Assembly (NCBI RefSeq): GCF_006345805.1
Contig: NC_043022.1
Span: 20,274,001 to 20,338,000, forward strand
DNA: 64,000 nt
Reading direction: 5' to 3'
DNA from: Octopus sinensis
Taxonomy: Eukaryota
The notes beneath the pieces are model-generated. The model was not told the origin of the DNA. It ran no database searches and was given only the letters and a program-made list of their open reading frames with translations. The stretch's first letter is position 1. Each line of letters starts with the position of its first letter. This document shows, piece after piece, positions 25,101 through 39,400 of this stretch. A program made the translations under genes and the position numbers.

Positions 25101-27354
25101 CAGGATCAGTAGTGAGATAAGACATAGATCCTGGAACTGGATTGGACACATCAGACTAGATGACGCAGGCAATTGTATGGTGGCACTAAAGAGCCACATG
25201 GTGAAGGACCATTGACAAGGACAGATGAAAAGTGCGGAGAGGCTGGAATGAGACCACAACAGTAGTAAAACACAGAGCTGGTTAGAGAGATAGTGTTGCA
25301 GCTTTATGTGTCACATGACATGGAGAGAACTACATACATTCAACAACATGATGACTGACTCAAGCAATTAAAGAAGGAATTTGACTACATTTCCTCTGAC
25401 TGTATATTCATATCTGATCCAAAAGTTTTGAGTCATTTGGAGAGGGATGAGGACGGTGTATAATATTTCATTCTCTCATTGCTTTTACTTTCCTGTAGTT
25501 ATGAGAAAGAATTACCTGCCATGTAAAAAGCACTGGTGCTGGTATATGAAATTTTGGATTTAGTTCACGGAGCCCCAGTACTACCTTTGTGGACCACCAG
25601 GGATCTGTGGACCCCAGGTTGAGAACCACTGTTTAGTTGAAGGTGTGGCATGTACAATGATGATCATGATCATCATCATAATCTAATATCCATTTTCTGT
25701 GCTGGCTTAGGTTGGATGGTTTGACAGGATCCAATGAGCTGCAGGGCTGTGCCAAGCCCCAGTGTCATCTTTAGCATGGTTTCTATAGCTGGATGTCTTT
25801 CCTCACGCCAGCCTTTTTACAGTGTACACTAGGTACATTTTTGTATAGCATCAGCACCAGTGAGGTTGCCATGTAACTTGCAAGACAAAAGCAGAATGGT
25901 GGGGGAAGGGGGGAGGAAAAAACTGTGACTACTGAGTGGGAGTGGTGTAATATTTGAGACAGGGTAAGTGGTTTTATGCCAGGTGTTGAAAGGCTAAAAT
26001 AAGGTAGCCAGACAAACAAAGGTGTCTTGCTCTACAGGTATGACTACCCCACATTATATATAGGGCTAAGTGGTGATAGCCGAGAAGAGATTCATTACAC
26101 TATGTAACACAATTTTTGTCTTTGGATAGCAGCTGTTATTTCCTATTTGCCTGCTCCTAGAAAGTATGAAAAATGGTTAATATTTCCTTCAAACTTCGCT
26201 TTGTTAAATCTATTCAAACCCCAAAGAATCCCCCTTAACATGTAGTTATTATGCTCCCCCACTACTCCTGCTCATCATCAGAGATGCGCATATTGTCAGC
26301 CACATGTTCATATGGTTAAGATCAAGCAACAGAAAAGCAAATCTGAAGTATTGGGCAGAATATTTGTTATAACGATATTTCTGCTTCAGCAGCTCAGCAC
26401 CAAATCTGTCTGAAATGTAATGGGAAATAGGTCAGTTTGAAAACATTGATGCCCAGGTCACAGAAGCAAAGTTTGAAGGGAATAGTAGTCATTTCCTTTG
26501 ATTTTTAGATAGAAGCAAATGAGAAATAACACTTACTGATCAAAGACTAAAAAAAATTAAAATTTTGTTACAGTGTTATTTACTTTGGTGTTAGTAGGAC
26601 AGCAAGTGACAGAATCAGCAGAGTTCTCTTTCTTTCTTTCTTCCTTCCTTCCTTTCTTTCTTTTCTTTCTGTCTTTCTCTCCTTCCTTTTCTTGTGTTTA
26701 TTTTTTTCCCCTCTCTTTCAGGTTCAACTATTTGCCATAGGTGATTCAGTCCAGATAATTGAAGATATTCGTAAAGTTAAAGAATATCAGAAAGGTCACG
26801 GAGAATGGACTGATAGCATGGCATCGGTGGGTGTATTTGTATATTTATTTTTCTGTATAGTTCTAGACATGCCCTGAACCAGCAGAAAAACAGTCAATCA
26901 TTTCCACATCCCTGGCCCTAACCAGCCCAGTTTTATAATTAACAGACACATTATGTTATAGGGTCTTTATCATAAAAAAGAAAGTAAAAAACAGCAGGAC
27001 TGTGTGGTAAGAAGTTTGCTTCCCAACCGAAATTTTTGTTTGTCTTGTTGCCAAGAGAGGCTCCCTTTCTTTCCTGATGAGAAGATTGCATCATACACCC
27101 TTTATTCCTTTGGAATGAAACCATGTGGTCTTCGAAACATATGTCGAGAGTAAAGGAATTTTGTTAACATCTTCGTTCAACTCCATTCTTTCATTTATTC
27201 ATATATAACACCCAAATTCTGCAAATGAACCCGGAGTTTCTACCCTTGGACAGGTTGCTTCAACCGTGTTTCTGATGCGAATTTGCTACCTTGGTATCGG
27301 TTCAACGAATTTTCCATGCCGACGATAAACATAGGATAATTCATTCACCTACTG

Positions 27355-27403
<49 letters not shown>

Positions 27404-30400
27404 TACACACACACTCACTCACATACATACATTCATACACACATTCATATGTGTGTGTTTGCTTGTCTGTCTATGTTTGTCCCCTCAATGCTGCCTAACA
27501 ACTGGTATTGTGGTTCCGTAAATGATATCAATAGAATAAGTACTAAGCTTTAAGAAAAAAGTCCTGGGGTCAATGTGTTTGACTAAAAAGCCCTTTGAAA
27601 AATGGTGCCCCAGCATTGCCAGAGTCAAATGACTGAAACAAGTAAAAAAAAAAGATAAGTACTAGGGTGATTTCTTAGACTAAAACTTTTCAGGGCAGTG
27701 CTCCAGCATGGCCACTGTCCTATGACTAAGACAAGTTAGAAAGATTAAAAAATGAGAGAATTAACAAATATCGGTTATCGTCATCTCATTCATTGTTCTT
27801 CCTGAATTTCCTCCTCTCCCATTGGTCCATGTTTCTCTGTTGACCATTGATTTATAGGTTATCAGACAGATGAACAGTTCTATCTTACATGGTTGTACAA
27901 ACTGTTAGAAATAGCAGCCATATCTCATTCAAATCATCACAGTATACTCTCTAAAGAAAAAAAATAAGTAGAAAGAACAGATTAAATAATATAGTCCTAG
28001 ATACTCAATTCCAACTTGGTTAGCATATGCCATACTTTTGCACCAATGATTGGGCATCTTGCATAGTTATTCACACTGTTGGAAATAGTAGCCAAATTTC
28101 ATTCAAATCATTACTTTATATTCTGAAAAAAAAAAGGGTTGGAAGGACACATTGAATAATATAGTCTGAGATACTTGATTCTCACTTTCACACCAATGAT
28201 ATGGCATCTCACATCGTTGCTTAGTCTGTTAGAAATAGCAACCAAATCTCACTCTGGTCATCACACAGTAATGGCCAAAAAAGGTAGGAAGGCCACTTGA
28301 AATAATATAGCCTAAAATTCAAATAAAATCTTCAAATGGCACCTAAAAGGCACCCACTACACTCTCAGAATGGTTGGCGTTAGGAAGGGCATCCAGTTGT
28401 AGAAACTTTGCCAGATCAGATTGGAGTCTGGTGCAGCCACTGACTCTCTAGACCTCAGTCAGACCATCCAACCCATGCCAGCATGGAAGACAGATGTTAA
28501 ACGATGATGATGATGTCAATTTTTACAATTCTGTAAATAATAATATTTTATAAGCTTAAAGCTTCTAAAATGTTTTATATATATATATAGGGAGAATTCA
28601 TGAAAAAAACAAGATGAAGACAGGTGGTGTACAAAACAAACAGATGTATTAGTATAACGCTCAGGAATAGAAAAATTCTTTTACGTTTCGAACCTGCACT
28701 CTTCTTCAGAAAGGGACACAGAAAAAACAAGGAGAGAAAAAATATGTGTGCAGTGGCTACCGATCTATCATATATATATAAACACATACACAAAGGGCTT
28801 CTTTCAGTTTCCATCTACCAAATCCACTTACAAGGCTTTGATTGGCCCAAGGTGATAGAAGACACTTGCTCAAGGTACCACACAGTGGGGCTGAACACAG
28901 AACTATGTGATTAGGAAGCAAACTTCTTACCACCCAGCCACACCTGCACCTTTATGTACACTGGATCTCAAAATCTAATCTTGAACGATCTACTACTATT
29001 AAATACACCTGCTCATAGGTTTACTTTTACTCTTAATTTCACCTGTATTTTTTAGGTTGTTATTTTTTGATCATGTTTGACTTCAATTGACCTGTGTTTT
29101 ATTTTATTTTGTATTGTTTTCTTGTTGTTATACAGGCATTAGGTAAAATTGGTAAAGTGAAACAGGTTTACCCAGATGGTGATTTACTTGTGGCGGTGTC
29201 TGGTAAAAAGTGGACATATAACCCTTTGTGTTGTGCAGTGGCGCCAAATAGTCCTCTCGAGGTGAATAACATTCATAGTATGAGTGATAGAGAGGAAGAC
29301 CCTGGTAAGTCTCACTGATATTTACTTTCTTTCTTTTACTTTCTTTTACTTGTTTCAGTCATTTGACTGCGGCTATGCTGGAGCACCACCTTTGGTCGTG
29401 AACTCGACCCCGGGACTTATTCTTTGTAAGCCCAAGTATATAAGCACATCTCTAGACATGCAACCATATGCATGATGATACATACATAAAACAAAACATA
29501 CAAATCTGCTCATGCAATGACTCCAAATATTGCACATAGACACACATACATGGAAAAATATCCTGTTGAGATTCCAAAGGAGGAGACTTGCATCTAGGTT
29601 AGAATCTGGATCTTTCTCTATTGGCAAGAAGTCTTAAATTAAAACTGAATAATTACAGACACACATACATGCATACATATATACACACGCATACACGTAC
29701 ACTCTTTTACTCTTTACTCTTTTACTTGTTTCAGTCATTTGACTGTGGCCATGCTGGAGCACCGCCTCCAGTCGAGCAAATCGACCCCGGGACTTATTCT
29801 TTGTAAGCCCAGTACTTATTCTATTGGTCTCTTTTGCCGAATCGCTAAGTGACGGGGATGTAAACACACCAGCAATGCTAGGGGGACAAATACAGACACA
29901 CAAACATATACACACACACTTATATATATATACATATATACGACAGGCTTCTTTCAGTTTCCGTCTACCAAATCCACTCACAAGATGCCACGCAGTGGGA
30001 CTGAACCCGGAACCATGTGGTTGGTTAGCAAGCTACTTACCACACAGCCACTCCTGCGCCTATGTATTCTTTCTTTTATTAGGATTAATGTTTATTGTTC
30101 CTTGGTACTTTTCTGTGACCATGCTGTAGCAATATTTTTAAATAAAATTTCTTCTTGTAGCATCGCTGACGGAGCTGCTGGAACAGTTATTGAATATGAG
30201 TCATAAAGACACACGTCTCGATCAGTTCGTACGGGAAGCTGCTCAAGGACAGATAGACAATATTCGTGAAGTTATAACAAAACATCCAGACAAAGTAAGC
30301 CATTACGCAACCCTCTCTGTATTTCACATCTCAAATGTTCTCTGCTTTACTTCGTTTGATATACTCTTTTACTCTTTTACTTGTTTCAGTCATCTGACTG

Positions 30401-33400
30401 CAGCCATGCTGGAGCACCGCCTTTAGTCGAGCAAATTGACCCCGGGACTTATTCTTTCTAAGCCCAGTACTTATTCTATCGGTCTATTTTGCCGAACCGC
30501 TAAGTGACGGGGACGTAAAACACACCAGCATCGGTTGTCAAGCAATGCTAGGGGGACAAACGCACACACACACACAAACACACACACATACACATATATA
30601 CATATATACGACAGGCTTCTTTCAGTTTCCGTCTACCAAATCCACTTACAAGGCATTGGTCGGCCCGGGGCTATAGCAGAAGACACTTGCCCAAGATGCC
30701 ACGCCGTGGGACTGAACCCGGAACCATGTGGTTGGTTAGCAAGCTACTTACCACACAGCCCAGTGTATGCATTAATATTTAATGCTTTTAAGGCAGGAAG
30801 CTGGCGGAATCGTTAGTACACTGGGCAAAATGCTTAACAGTTTTTCATTCATCTTTATGTTCTGAGTTCAAATTCTGCTTAGGTCAACTTTGCTTTCTTC
30901 TTTTTGAAGTCGATAAAATAAGTACCAGTTGCGAACTGTCAAGATCTGACATCTCACACCTACCCTACAATGTCATTCTAAAAATAAACAATCAAATCCT
31001 TGAAATTTTAAACTACAAGATAATGCATGATTAATTCAAAGCAATGTGAATAAACAAGTATTAGATTTTATAGCTTAATCTGAAAGCTAAAGGGTTAAGA
31101 TAACGTATCTGGAACTTAAGAGAACACATTAGAATTTTAAGCAGGTATTTGGGACATGATTTAACAAAGGACAACCCATATCATCATCTTTTATCACTTA
31201 TATTTCTTTCTCACTCCAGATTGATCAAAGAAGTTCTGGTAAAACGGCCCTACAAGTTGCCAGTCATCAGGGCCATAAAGATATTGTAATAATGCTGCTG
31301 GATGCTGGAGCTAATTTAGAATTACAAGATGAAGATGGAGACACAGCTCTGCATTATTCAGCATTTGGGTATGTTTACAGAGTATCCTCCAAGAATCTCT
31401 TGGTTTTTGCCTTCTTTTTCCTTATTCATCTATTTGTTTGTTTAGCCAGAGGACAGAGTGTAGTGCTCTGTCTTCCTCTCTTATTTTTTCCCACTGGTCA
31501 CGGAGTCCCCTAAAATGATGGACATTGGAGGAAGAAAGAATTATTGTCGTGCCAGGTACTTAGCATGACTGCTTGCAACAGATCAAACTTTTCCACAGGA
31601 ATGCAAGAGTCAGGCAGTAGTTTTAACCCTCTAGCGTTTAAACTGGTCATGGGATTGCACCTAGAAAGTTTCTCTCTAAGGCACTAGTCCAGGCAAGGTT
31701 GTTTATGGAAGACCAGAAGTCACCCATGCATACCAGTCTCCCCTCTCCATGCCACCGATGTCATCCAAGGGAAGGCAAAGGGGCCAATACAGCTTAGCAC
31801 CTGTGATGTAGCAACTCTCATTTCTACAGCTGAGTAAACTGGAGCAATGTGAAATAAAGTGTCTGGCTCAAGAACACAACACACAGCCTGGTCCAGGAAT
31901 CAAACTCACTACCTTATGATCGTGAGCCTGACACTCTAACCACTGAGCCATGTGCCTTCACATATCTGGCCCAAATATGCTATCTGTTTTATGTTCAAAC
32001 CAGCCACTGATCAAGCTTATCACACTTGACCTTCAATGTCATTCCAAAAGTATACAATTAGATCATCAAAATTCCAAAGCTATGAGATAATGCATGATTA
32101 ATTAAAAACAATGTGAATGAGAAAGCATTACATTTAACAGAATAATTTGAATGCTGAAGGGATAAACCATTTGATGGATTGAGTCTCCTGCTGAAAATAT
32201 AAGAGTAATCCATTGACAGGCTTCCACAAGTGTACCAAATTTCATTCATAACCACTTTACAGAGTGGGTACATAAAAAGCACCATCTGAACGTGGCCGAT
32301 GCCAGCGCCACCCTGGCTGGCTTCTGTGCCAGTGGCACGTTAAAAGCACCAACCGATCGTGGCCGATGCCAGACTCCCCTGGTACCTGTGCCGGTGGCAC
32401 GTAAAAAGCACCCACTACACTCGCGGAGTGGTTGGCGTTAGGAAGGGCATCCAGCTGTAGAAACACTGCCAGATCAGACCGGAGCCTGGTGCAGCCCCTG
32501 GCTTCCCAGACCCCGGTCGAACCGTCCAACCCGTGCTAGTGCGGAAAACGGACGTTAAACGATGATGATGATGATGATGTATAGGGTGTATTGTGGTACC
32601 AGCACCACTGTGGAGGCACATGGCTTGGTGGTTAGAGCAGCGGACTTGTGGTCGAGGGATCACGGGTTCGAATCTCAGACCAGGTGATGTGTGTGTTTAT
32701 GAGCAAAAAATCTAAGCTCCACGCGGATCCAACAGAAGGTAATGGCGAACTTCTGCGGACTCTTTCGCCACAACTTTCTCTCACTCTTTCCTCCTGCATT
32801 TTGCAACTCACCTGCGATGGACCGGCGTCCCATCCAGGTGGGGAACCTATATGCCAAGGAAACCGGCAAACCAGCCCTTATGAGCCAGGCATGGCTCGAG
32901 AAGGAACAAACCAGTACCACTGATGGAATGGTCACCCTCCTGTCCAAAGACTCCTCCTCACCCTACATTGTCTCTCCTTATTTTCCAACCAGAAATATAT
33001 GTTTTCAACTGGCAATGACCCCATCTCACTATCATCTGTCCCCCAAAATGTAAAAAACACTCAGCTGGGAAGCAGCATAGCAGTGATGATGTCATATCTG
33101 TTGTTGATGAGGTTTTTGACCAACAGGATGAAACCTTCTTCGTCAATCAGATCCAAGCACTGCAACACCAATGGAAAAAAGTGTGTGGACCATAAATGGG
33201 GGTGGGGGTACTATGTTGAAAAATAATTCTCATTTGGTCTCACGTTCCATGAGAGTGTCTTTGGTCAGCTTATGAACTTTTCAGCCAAGGCTTATAGCAG
33301 TGACCTCACTCTTCATCTTCTGCTGTCATTTATCACCTCCACCTTTTCCTCCCTGACTCGCTCTTGTTTCCTTCACTACTCCCCCCACCCCTCAACTGAT

Positions 33401-36400
33401 ATTTACCCTTGGTCGTGCCTCCTTTCATGTTGCCCATTCACCATATCTAATCATCTAATCATCACCATCACTACCACCGCCATCATCACCCCCACTACCA
33501 CCATCATCATCATCATCACCTCCATAACTACTATCGTCATCACTACCTTTATCGCCACCATCACCACCACCACCACCATCATGATCGTCACCAGCACTAC
33601 CATCACCACCACCATCACCTCCATCATTCATCACTACCTTCATCATCACCATCTCCATAACTATTATCACCATCACTACAACTGCTTTCGTCACCACCAC
33701 CACCAGCACTGCCACCACTACCATCACCACATCACCATCGTTACCACCACCGCCACCATCTTTACCACCACCACCACCAGCACCATCATCATTTTTCTTT
33801 TCCTTGTAAATTTTTTGATCTTTGGTTTTTGTGCCTTTCCAGGAACCAACCAGAGGTAATGGAACTGCTGTTGTTGAAGGGAGCCAACATTAACGCTTTC
33901 AATAAGGGTGGCTGTAGCACACTTCATGTAGCCGTGAATAAACAGTTTGTCAAGTGTGTCCGGGTATTACTTAAGCATTCGACTCCAGTTAATATTCAGG
34001 TATGTAACAGCAACAGCAACAACAGTTGTAGCTAACATGAAAGATCGATCCTTCCTTCCATCCACTCTACTGTAAAAAGCATCTTTTACCCACTAGTATT
34101 TAAACTGACCATATCCAGCCCAAATATTCTACCTGTTCAAACTGGCCAAATTTGGCCCCTTATACTAATCTTACTAATCCTTATACCAGTGGTTTTCAAC
34201 CAGGGTTCCGACAGTACAGTCCAGGGGTTCCGCAAGAAGTTACAAAACTGCTAAAATCGGCAGTAATTTTTAATTCTCCTGTGCAGATATGTGTGCATAA
34301 GGCTATTAAATTATTGCACAGGGGTTCCTCGAGCCAGTGGAATGCTTCCTTGGGGTTCCGCTCCAGCAAAAAGTTTGAAAAGCACTGCCTTATACTAATC
34401 CTACAATCACATCATTGAGGTCTCAAAGCTATGAGATAATGCATGGTTAATTCAAAACTGTGAATAAATAAGCATTACATCTAACAGAATAATTTGAATA
34501 CCTATTTCTTTATTGCCCACAAGGGGCTAAACACAGAGGGGACAAACAAGGACAGACAAACGAATTAAGTCGATTGTATCGACCCCATTGCATTGTGGTG
34601 TGTGCGAGATTCGAATATAAAGGCACCTACCTTCTCTTCGCTCTGATAGAGACCCTTCAGTGGTAACGGATCCTTCGTCACAGCCCCGACCCGAATGCTA
34701 AAGAAAGCAGCTGCTTCACCCAACCTTAGCAACGTCTTCACACGTCTTAACACCTTGACGACCCTCGTTCAAAAAGGCCAAAATCGCCGCTCCCTGCACA
34801 TGCCTCACGGCTGCCCCTTCCGGTTGCCCCAACTTCCGGTCAATGCACCCAGCTGCTGACGTCATCCCACATGCATAACTGGTACTTATTTAATCGACCC
34901 CGAAAGGATGAAAGGCAAAATCGACCTCCGCGGAATTTGAACTCACAATGTAATGGCAGACAAAATACCGCTAAGCATTTCGCCCGGTGTGCTATTATGA
35001 CAAAATTTGAAACCATTATTAAGGCAGCAAGGTGGCAAAACACTTCTCATGCCAGACAAAATGTTTTGCTGCATTTCATCGGTCTTTATGTTTTGAGTTC
35101 AAATTCCACTGTGATCAACTTTGCCTTTCTTCCTTCCGGGGTCAATAAAATAAGTACAAGTTGACTATTGGGGGGGTCAATGTAATCGACTACCCCCCCC
35201 CCACCACCTCCTGCAAAATTTCAGGCCTTGTGCCTGAAAGAATTATTTTTATTGTTGTTGTTGTCATTATTGTTATCATTCTCATCCATAGGATGCATAT
35301 GGAGATACTGCCCTACATGACGCTATAGGTAAAGAGAACAGACAGATCATTGATTTTCTTGTCAGCTATCCTGGTATCGATTACACGTTGCGTAACAACC
35401 GAGGCTTCAATGTGTTACATCACGCAGCTCTCAAGGGGAATAACTTGTAAGTTAATTGCTGTTGTCTTTTCTCGTTCATTTTTTTTTTTTGTTGTTATTG
35501 TTAATTATTGTTCATTAATCCCACCTTCTCAGCACCAAGTATGGCCTCGTTCAGCAGACTTATGATCAAAAACATTCTAGCCATGACCACCTCAAGGGAC
35601 AAGATAGTGGATACAGACAGAGAATCTTTTCTTTAGGATACCATATCATAGGGCCTCCATTGGCCATGGTCAACCAGGAATTGCTGTACTTGGAAAATTC
35701 CTCTTTGAAGTGCAGGCTTGTAGGAAGAATTTTACGGAAGATTAGCAGTCACCCATGCTCTTTACGCCACTGATGTTATTAAGTCTCTATTTACAGACGC
35801 TTACATTTTTATGTTTTCTGCGAAGTTTTCATGGGTCCAGCTAGTACAGCATAATTACTTAGTTAAAACGACCGACACGTGTTTCTGCTACATAGAATAT
35901 GTACAATTGCATATGTGAAAAAAGATGAGATATATAAACAGAGAAGATTGTCAGGTCATTAAAAGTACATTTTGCAGCCACGTGTGTGAACATTCGTTCA
36001 GGGTCTTTCCTTGTCATATTCTGTATTTCATGCTGGGATGGTTTAGACAGTTTGATTAGATTAGATTCAACTCATTTTTTTTTGGTTTTTTTTCTTCCAG
36101 CGCAACTGAAAGAATTCTGCAAAAATGCCGACATATTGTTGATATTAAGAAAGATGATGGTTTTGCCGCACTACACCTTGCAGCTTTAAATGGCCACCGA
36201 GAGGTTGCTAACACGCTCCTCACTGTGGTAGGTATTAGGGCCTTTAATAAATGCTGATATCTTTAACATAATCCCTGGTTGCCATACTCTTTTACTCTTT
36301 TACTTGTTTCAGTCATTTGACTGCGGCCATGCTGGAGCACCGCCTTTTTAATCGAGCAACTCGACCCCGGGACTTATTCTTTTGTAAGCCCAGTACTTAT

Positions 36401-39400
36401 TCTATTGGTCTCTTTTGCCGAACCGCTAAGTAACGGGGACATAAACACACCAGCATCAGTTGTCAAGCAATGCTAGGGAGACAAATACAGACACACAAAC
36501 ATACACGCACACATATATATACATATATACGACGGGCTTCTTTCAGTTTCCGTCTACCAAATCCACTCACAAGGTTTTGGTCAGCCCGAGGCTATAGTAG
36601 AAGACACTTGCCCAAGGTGCCACGCAGTGGGACTGAACCCGGAACCATGTGGTTGGTAAACAAGCTACTTACCACACAGCCAATCCTGCGCCATCATCAT
36701 TATCATCATTTAATGTCTCTTTTCGATGCTGGCGTGAGTTGAACAGTTTCACAGGAGCTGTCAAGCCAGAGGACTGCACCAAGCCTCACTGTCTGTTTTG
36801 GCATGGTTTTTATGGCTGGCTGCCCTTCCTAATGTCAACTACTTTTCAGAGTGGACTGGATGCTTTTTACATGGCACCAGCATGTGGTACAAAATTTTCA
36901 AGTTGTTTGTATTTCAATTAAAAAAAACTTTATTTCATAGTTTTTATGTCTCCTCCTCTTCCTTGCCACTTTTGTGACTTGGCCAAGTTTCGCTACCCTT
37001 TCTCCCCTATCATCACCCTCCTTGCCACTACCATCTTACTGCTGCCTCTAACACCTCTAACACCACAAAGATTGCCACCACCACTATCCAGAGATGTAGC
37101 CAGATTCTAAAGTTAAGGGGAGTGAGTACATAAAAAGGTGCTGTTAAACATACCAAACAATTTTTAACTCATTTCTCTTATACCATGCAACTTATTTCAT
37201 AAGTTATAATATACATAAATTATTCTACATTCATTAATTTCATGCTTCACTAACGATGTCATTATGTATGAAAAGTTCCCCTCTGAAGCACAAGTCGAGG
37301 CAAGGTTGTTTATAGAAGACCAGCAGTTGCCCATGCATACCAGTCTCCCCTCTCCATGCCACCAATGTTATCCAAGGGATAACATCAGTGGCCACCAACA
37401 CATCACAGGAGATTGAGCAGACAGTTCGAAATCACAGGGGTTTGGTCAAATAAAGTAATGAGTCCAGAAAGTTCTTCCAAGGCCATGTGATTAACATCAT
37501 CATCATCTTTATCATTTAACATCCGCTTTCTATGCTGGCATGGGTTGAACGGCTTGTAGCTGGCTAGCAGGGCACTGTCCCAGACTCTAACTGTCTGTTG
37601 TGGCATGATTTCTACAGGTGGATGCTCTTCCTAATGCTAACCACTTAAGTGTGCTGGGTGCTTTTTGCATGCCACCAGCCCGGGTGCATTAACACAGCAC
37701 CAGCATGGGTGCATTAACACAGCACTGACATGGGTGCTTTTTAAGTGACACCAACACCTGAAAGGACAAGCCTATATGTGTGGAAGACAGAGATTTTACT
37801 TAGCTTGATGTGTCTTAAGTACAGCAAATCCTTACATCTCCCGGTCCCTTGTCATTTCCTCAGTGAGGCCCAGCATCCGAAGATCCCTTCCCACCACTCA
37901 TCCCACAAAAAAATAGAGATTCAATCTTTATCGCACAAATAAACTTAAGAGTTAAAAAATAAATGCTGAAAAAGCGCCAATTTTGAAAAATGTGTTACAG
38001 GGGAGAGTGGTCTCTCCTCTTCTCTTCCCCTCTTAGCTACACTACTGCCACCACCATCATCATTACCACTAACATCTCTCTCTCTGTTTTCTAGGGCCAA
38101 GCACAATTGGATATTCGGAACAATCGTCAACAGACTCCACTTCTCCTTGCTGTGTCCCAGGGCCATATAGGTTTGACGGAATTCCTGGTGTCAAAAGGAG
38201 CGGAAATCAACGCTGAAGATGAAGACGGAGATATCTGCCTGCATCTGGCTCTCTTGAGGCAGACTGTTGGCAGCGAGAGTGAACACTCACAAGTACTAGA
38301 TGGAGTAAGTGGAAACATTTGGGGTTTTGTTGTGTGTGTGAGAGTGTGAGCATGAGTGAGAGAGAGAGAGAGAGAGAGTGTATATGAATGTGTGTGAGAG
38401 AGAGAGAAAGTTTGTGTCTGTTAGAGAGGGATAGAGTATGAGATGCAGAGGGACAGAAAAAAGTAGTGGTGGGGGTTAAAAGATAGAAACAGAGAGACTG
38501 ATGGTTACCACACTGACTTTCTGTCTTCTAGACTAATAGCAGTTCAGAGCTAGAAGTGGGTTAGGAACAGGACTGGACTGTTAGATACATATGGCTGAAT
38601 ACATAGTGGGGAGATTGAACAGAGAAATAGTGACAGAAGTGAATAGATAGATAGTGCTGCAGTAACAGGACTAATCAGGCAGTATTGGGACTGAACGAAC
38701 CATGACAGGACTGAACAGATAGTGTTGGGATTGAATAGTTAACCCTTTCGTTACCAAACCGGCTCTGGTTCTGAGTACAAATGTCTTGTTTTCATAAATT
38801 TTGAATTAAAATTTTCCACCAAACCTTAGTCACAATTTATGTTAGTAACACTAGCTTAATGATAACTAAGTTATTTTACTAAATTCTTTGTTATATTTAA
38901 AGTAATTGAAAGGAACATAGAGCATCTCAAAATAAATGCAGTAACGAAAGGGTTAATGGTGGCAGTGAACAGATAAATAGTGATGGGACTAAATATTTAA
39001 TTACAGAACAATTAGTGATAGGACTGAACAAATAGTGATATAGTTAAGCAGACAGATAGTATTGGGGCTGGACAGACACTGATGGGTTTGAATGGATCAT
39101 AATAAAGCTGGAAAGATTTAGACAGGACTGAACAGATAGATAGCAAATGGGGTTGGACAGACAGTGATAGAATTGAAAAAGATAGTAGTGAGAGTGAATA
39201 GATAGCTAAGAATGACATGAAGTATTTAGAAATGGCAACTGAACAGACAGTGAATGGGAACTGAACAAGAGAAATAGTTATGGGATTGAACAGATAGTGA
39301 TGGTAATTATCAGATAATGATGGGGACTGAACAGATAATGATGGGGCTAAACAGATAATGATAGAGCTAAACAGATAGTGATGGGGTTAAACAGATAGTT

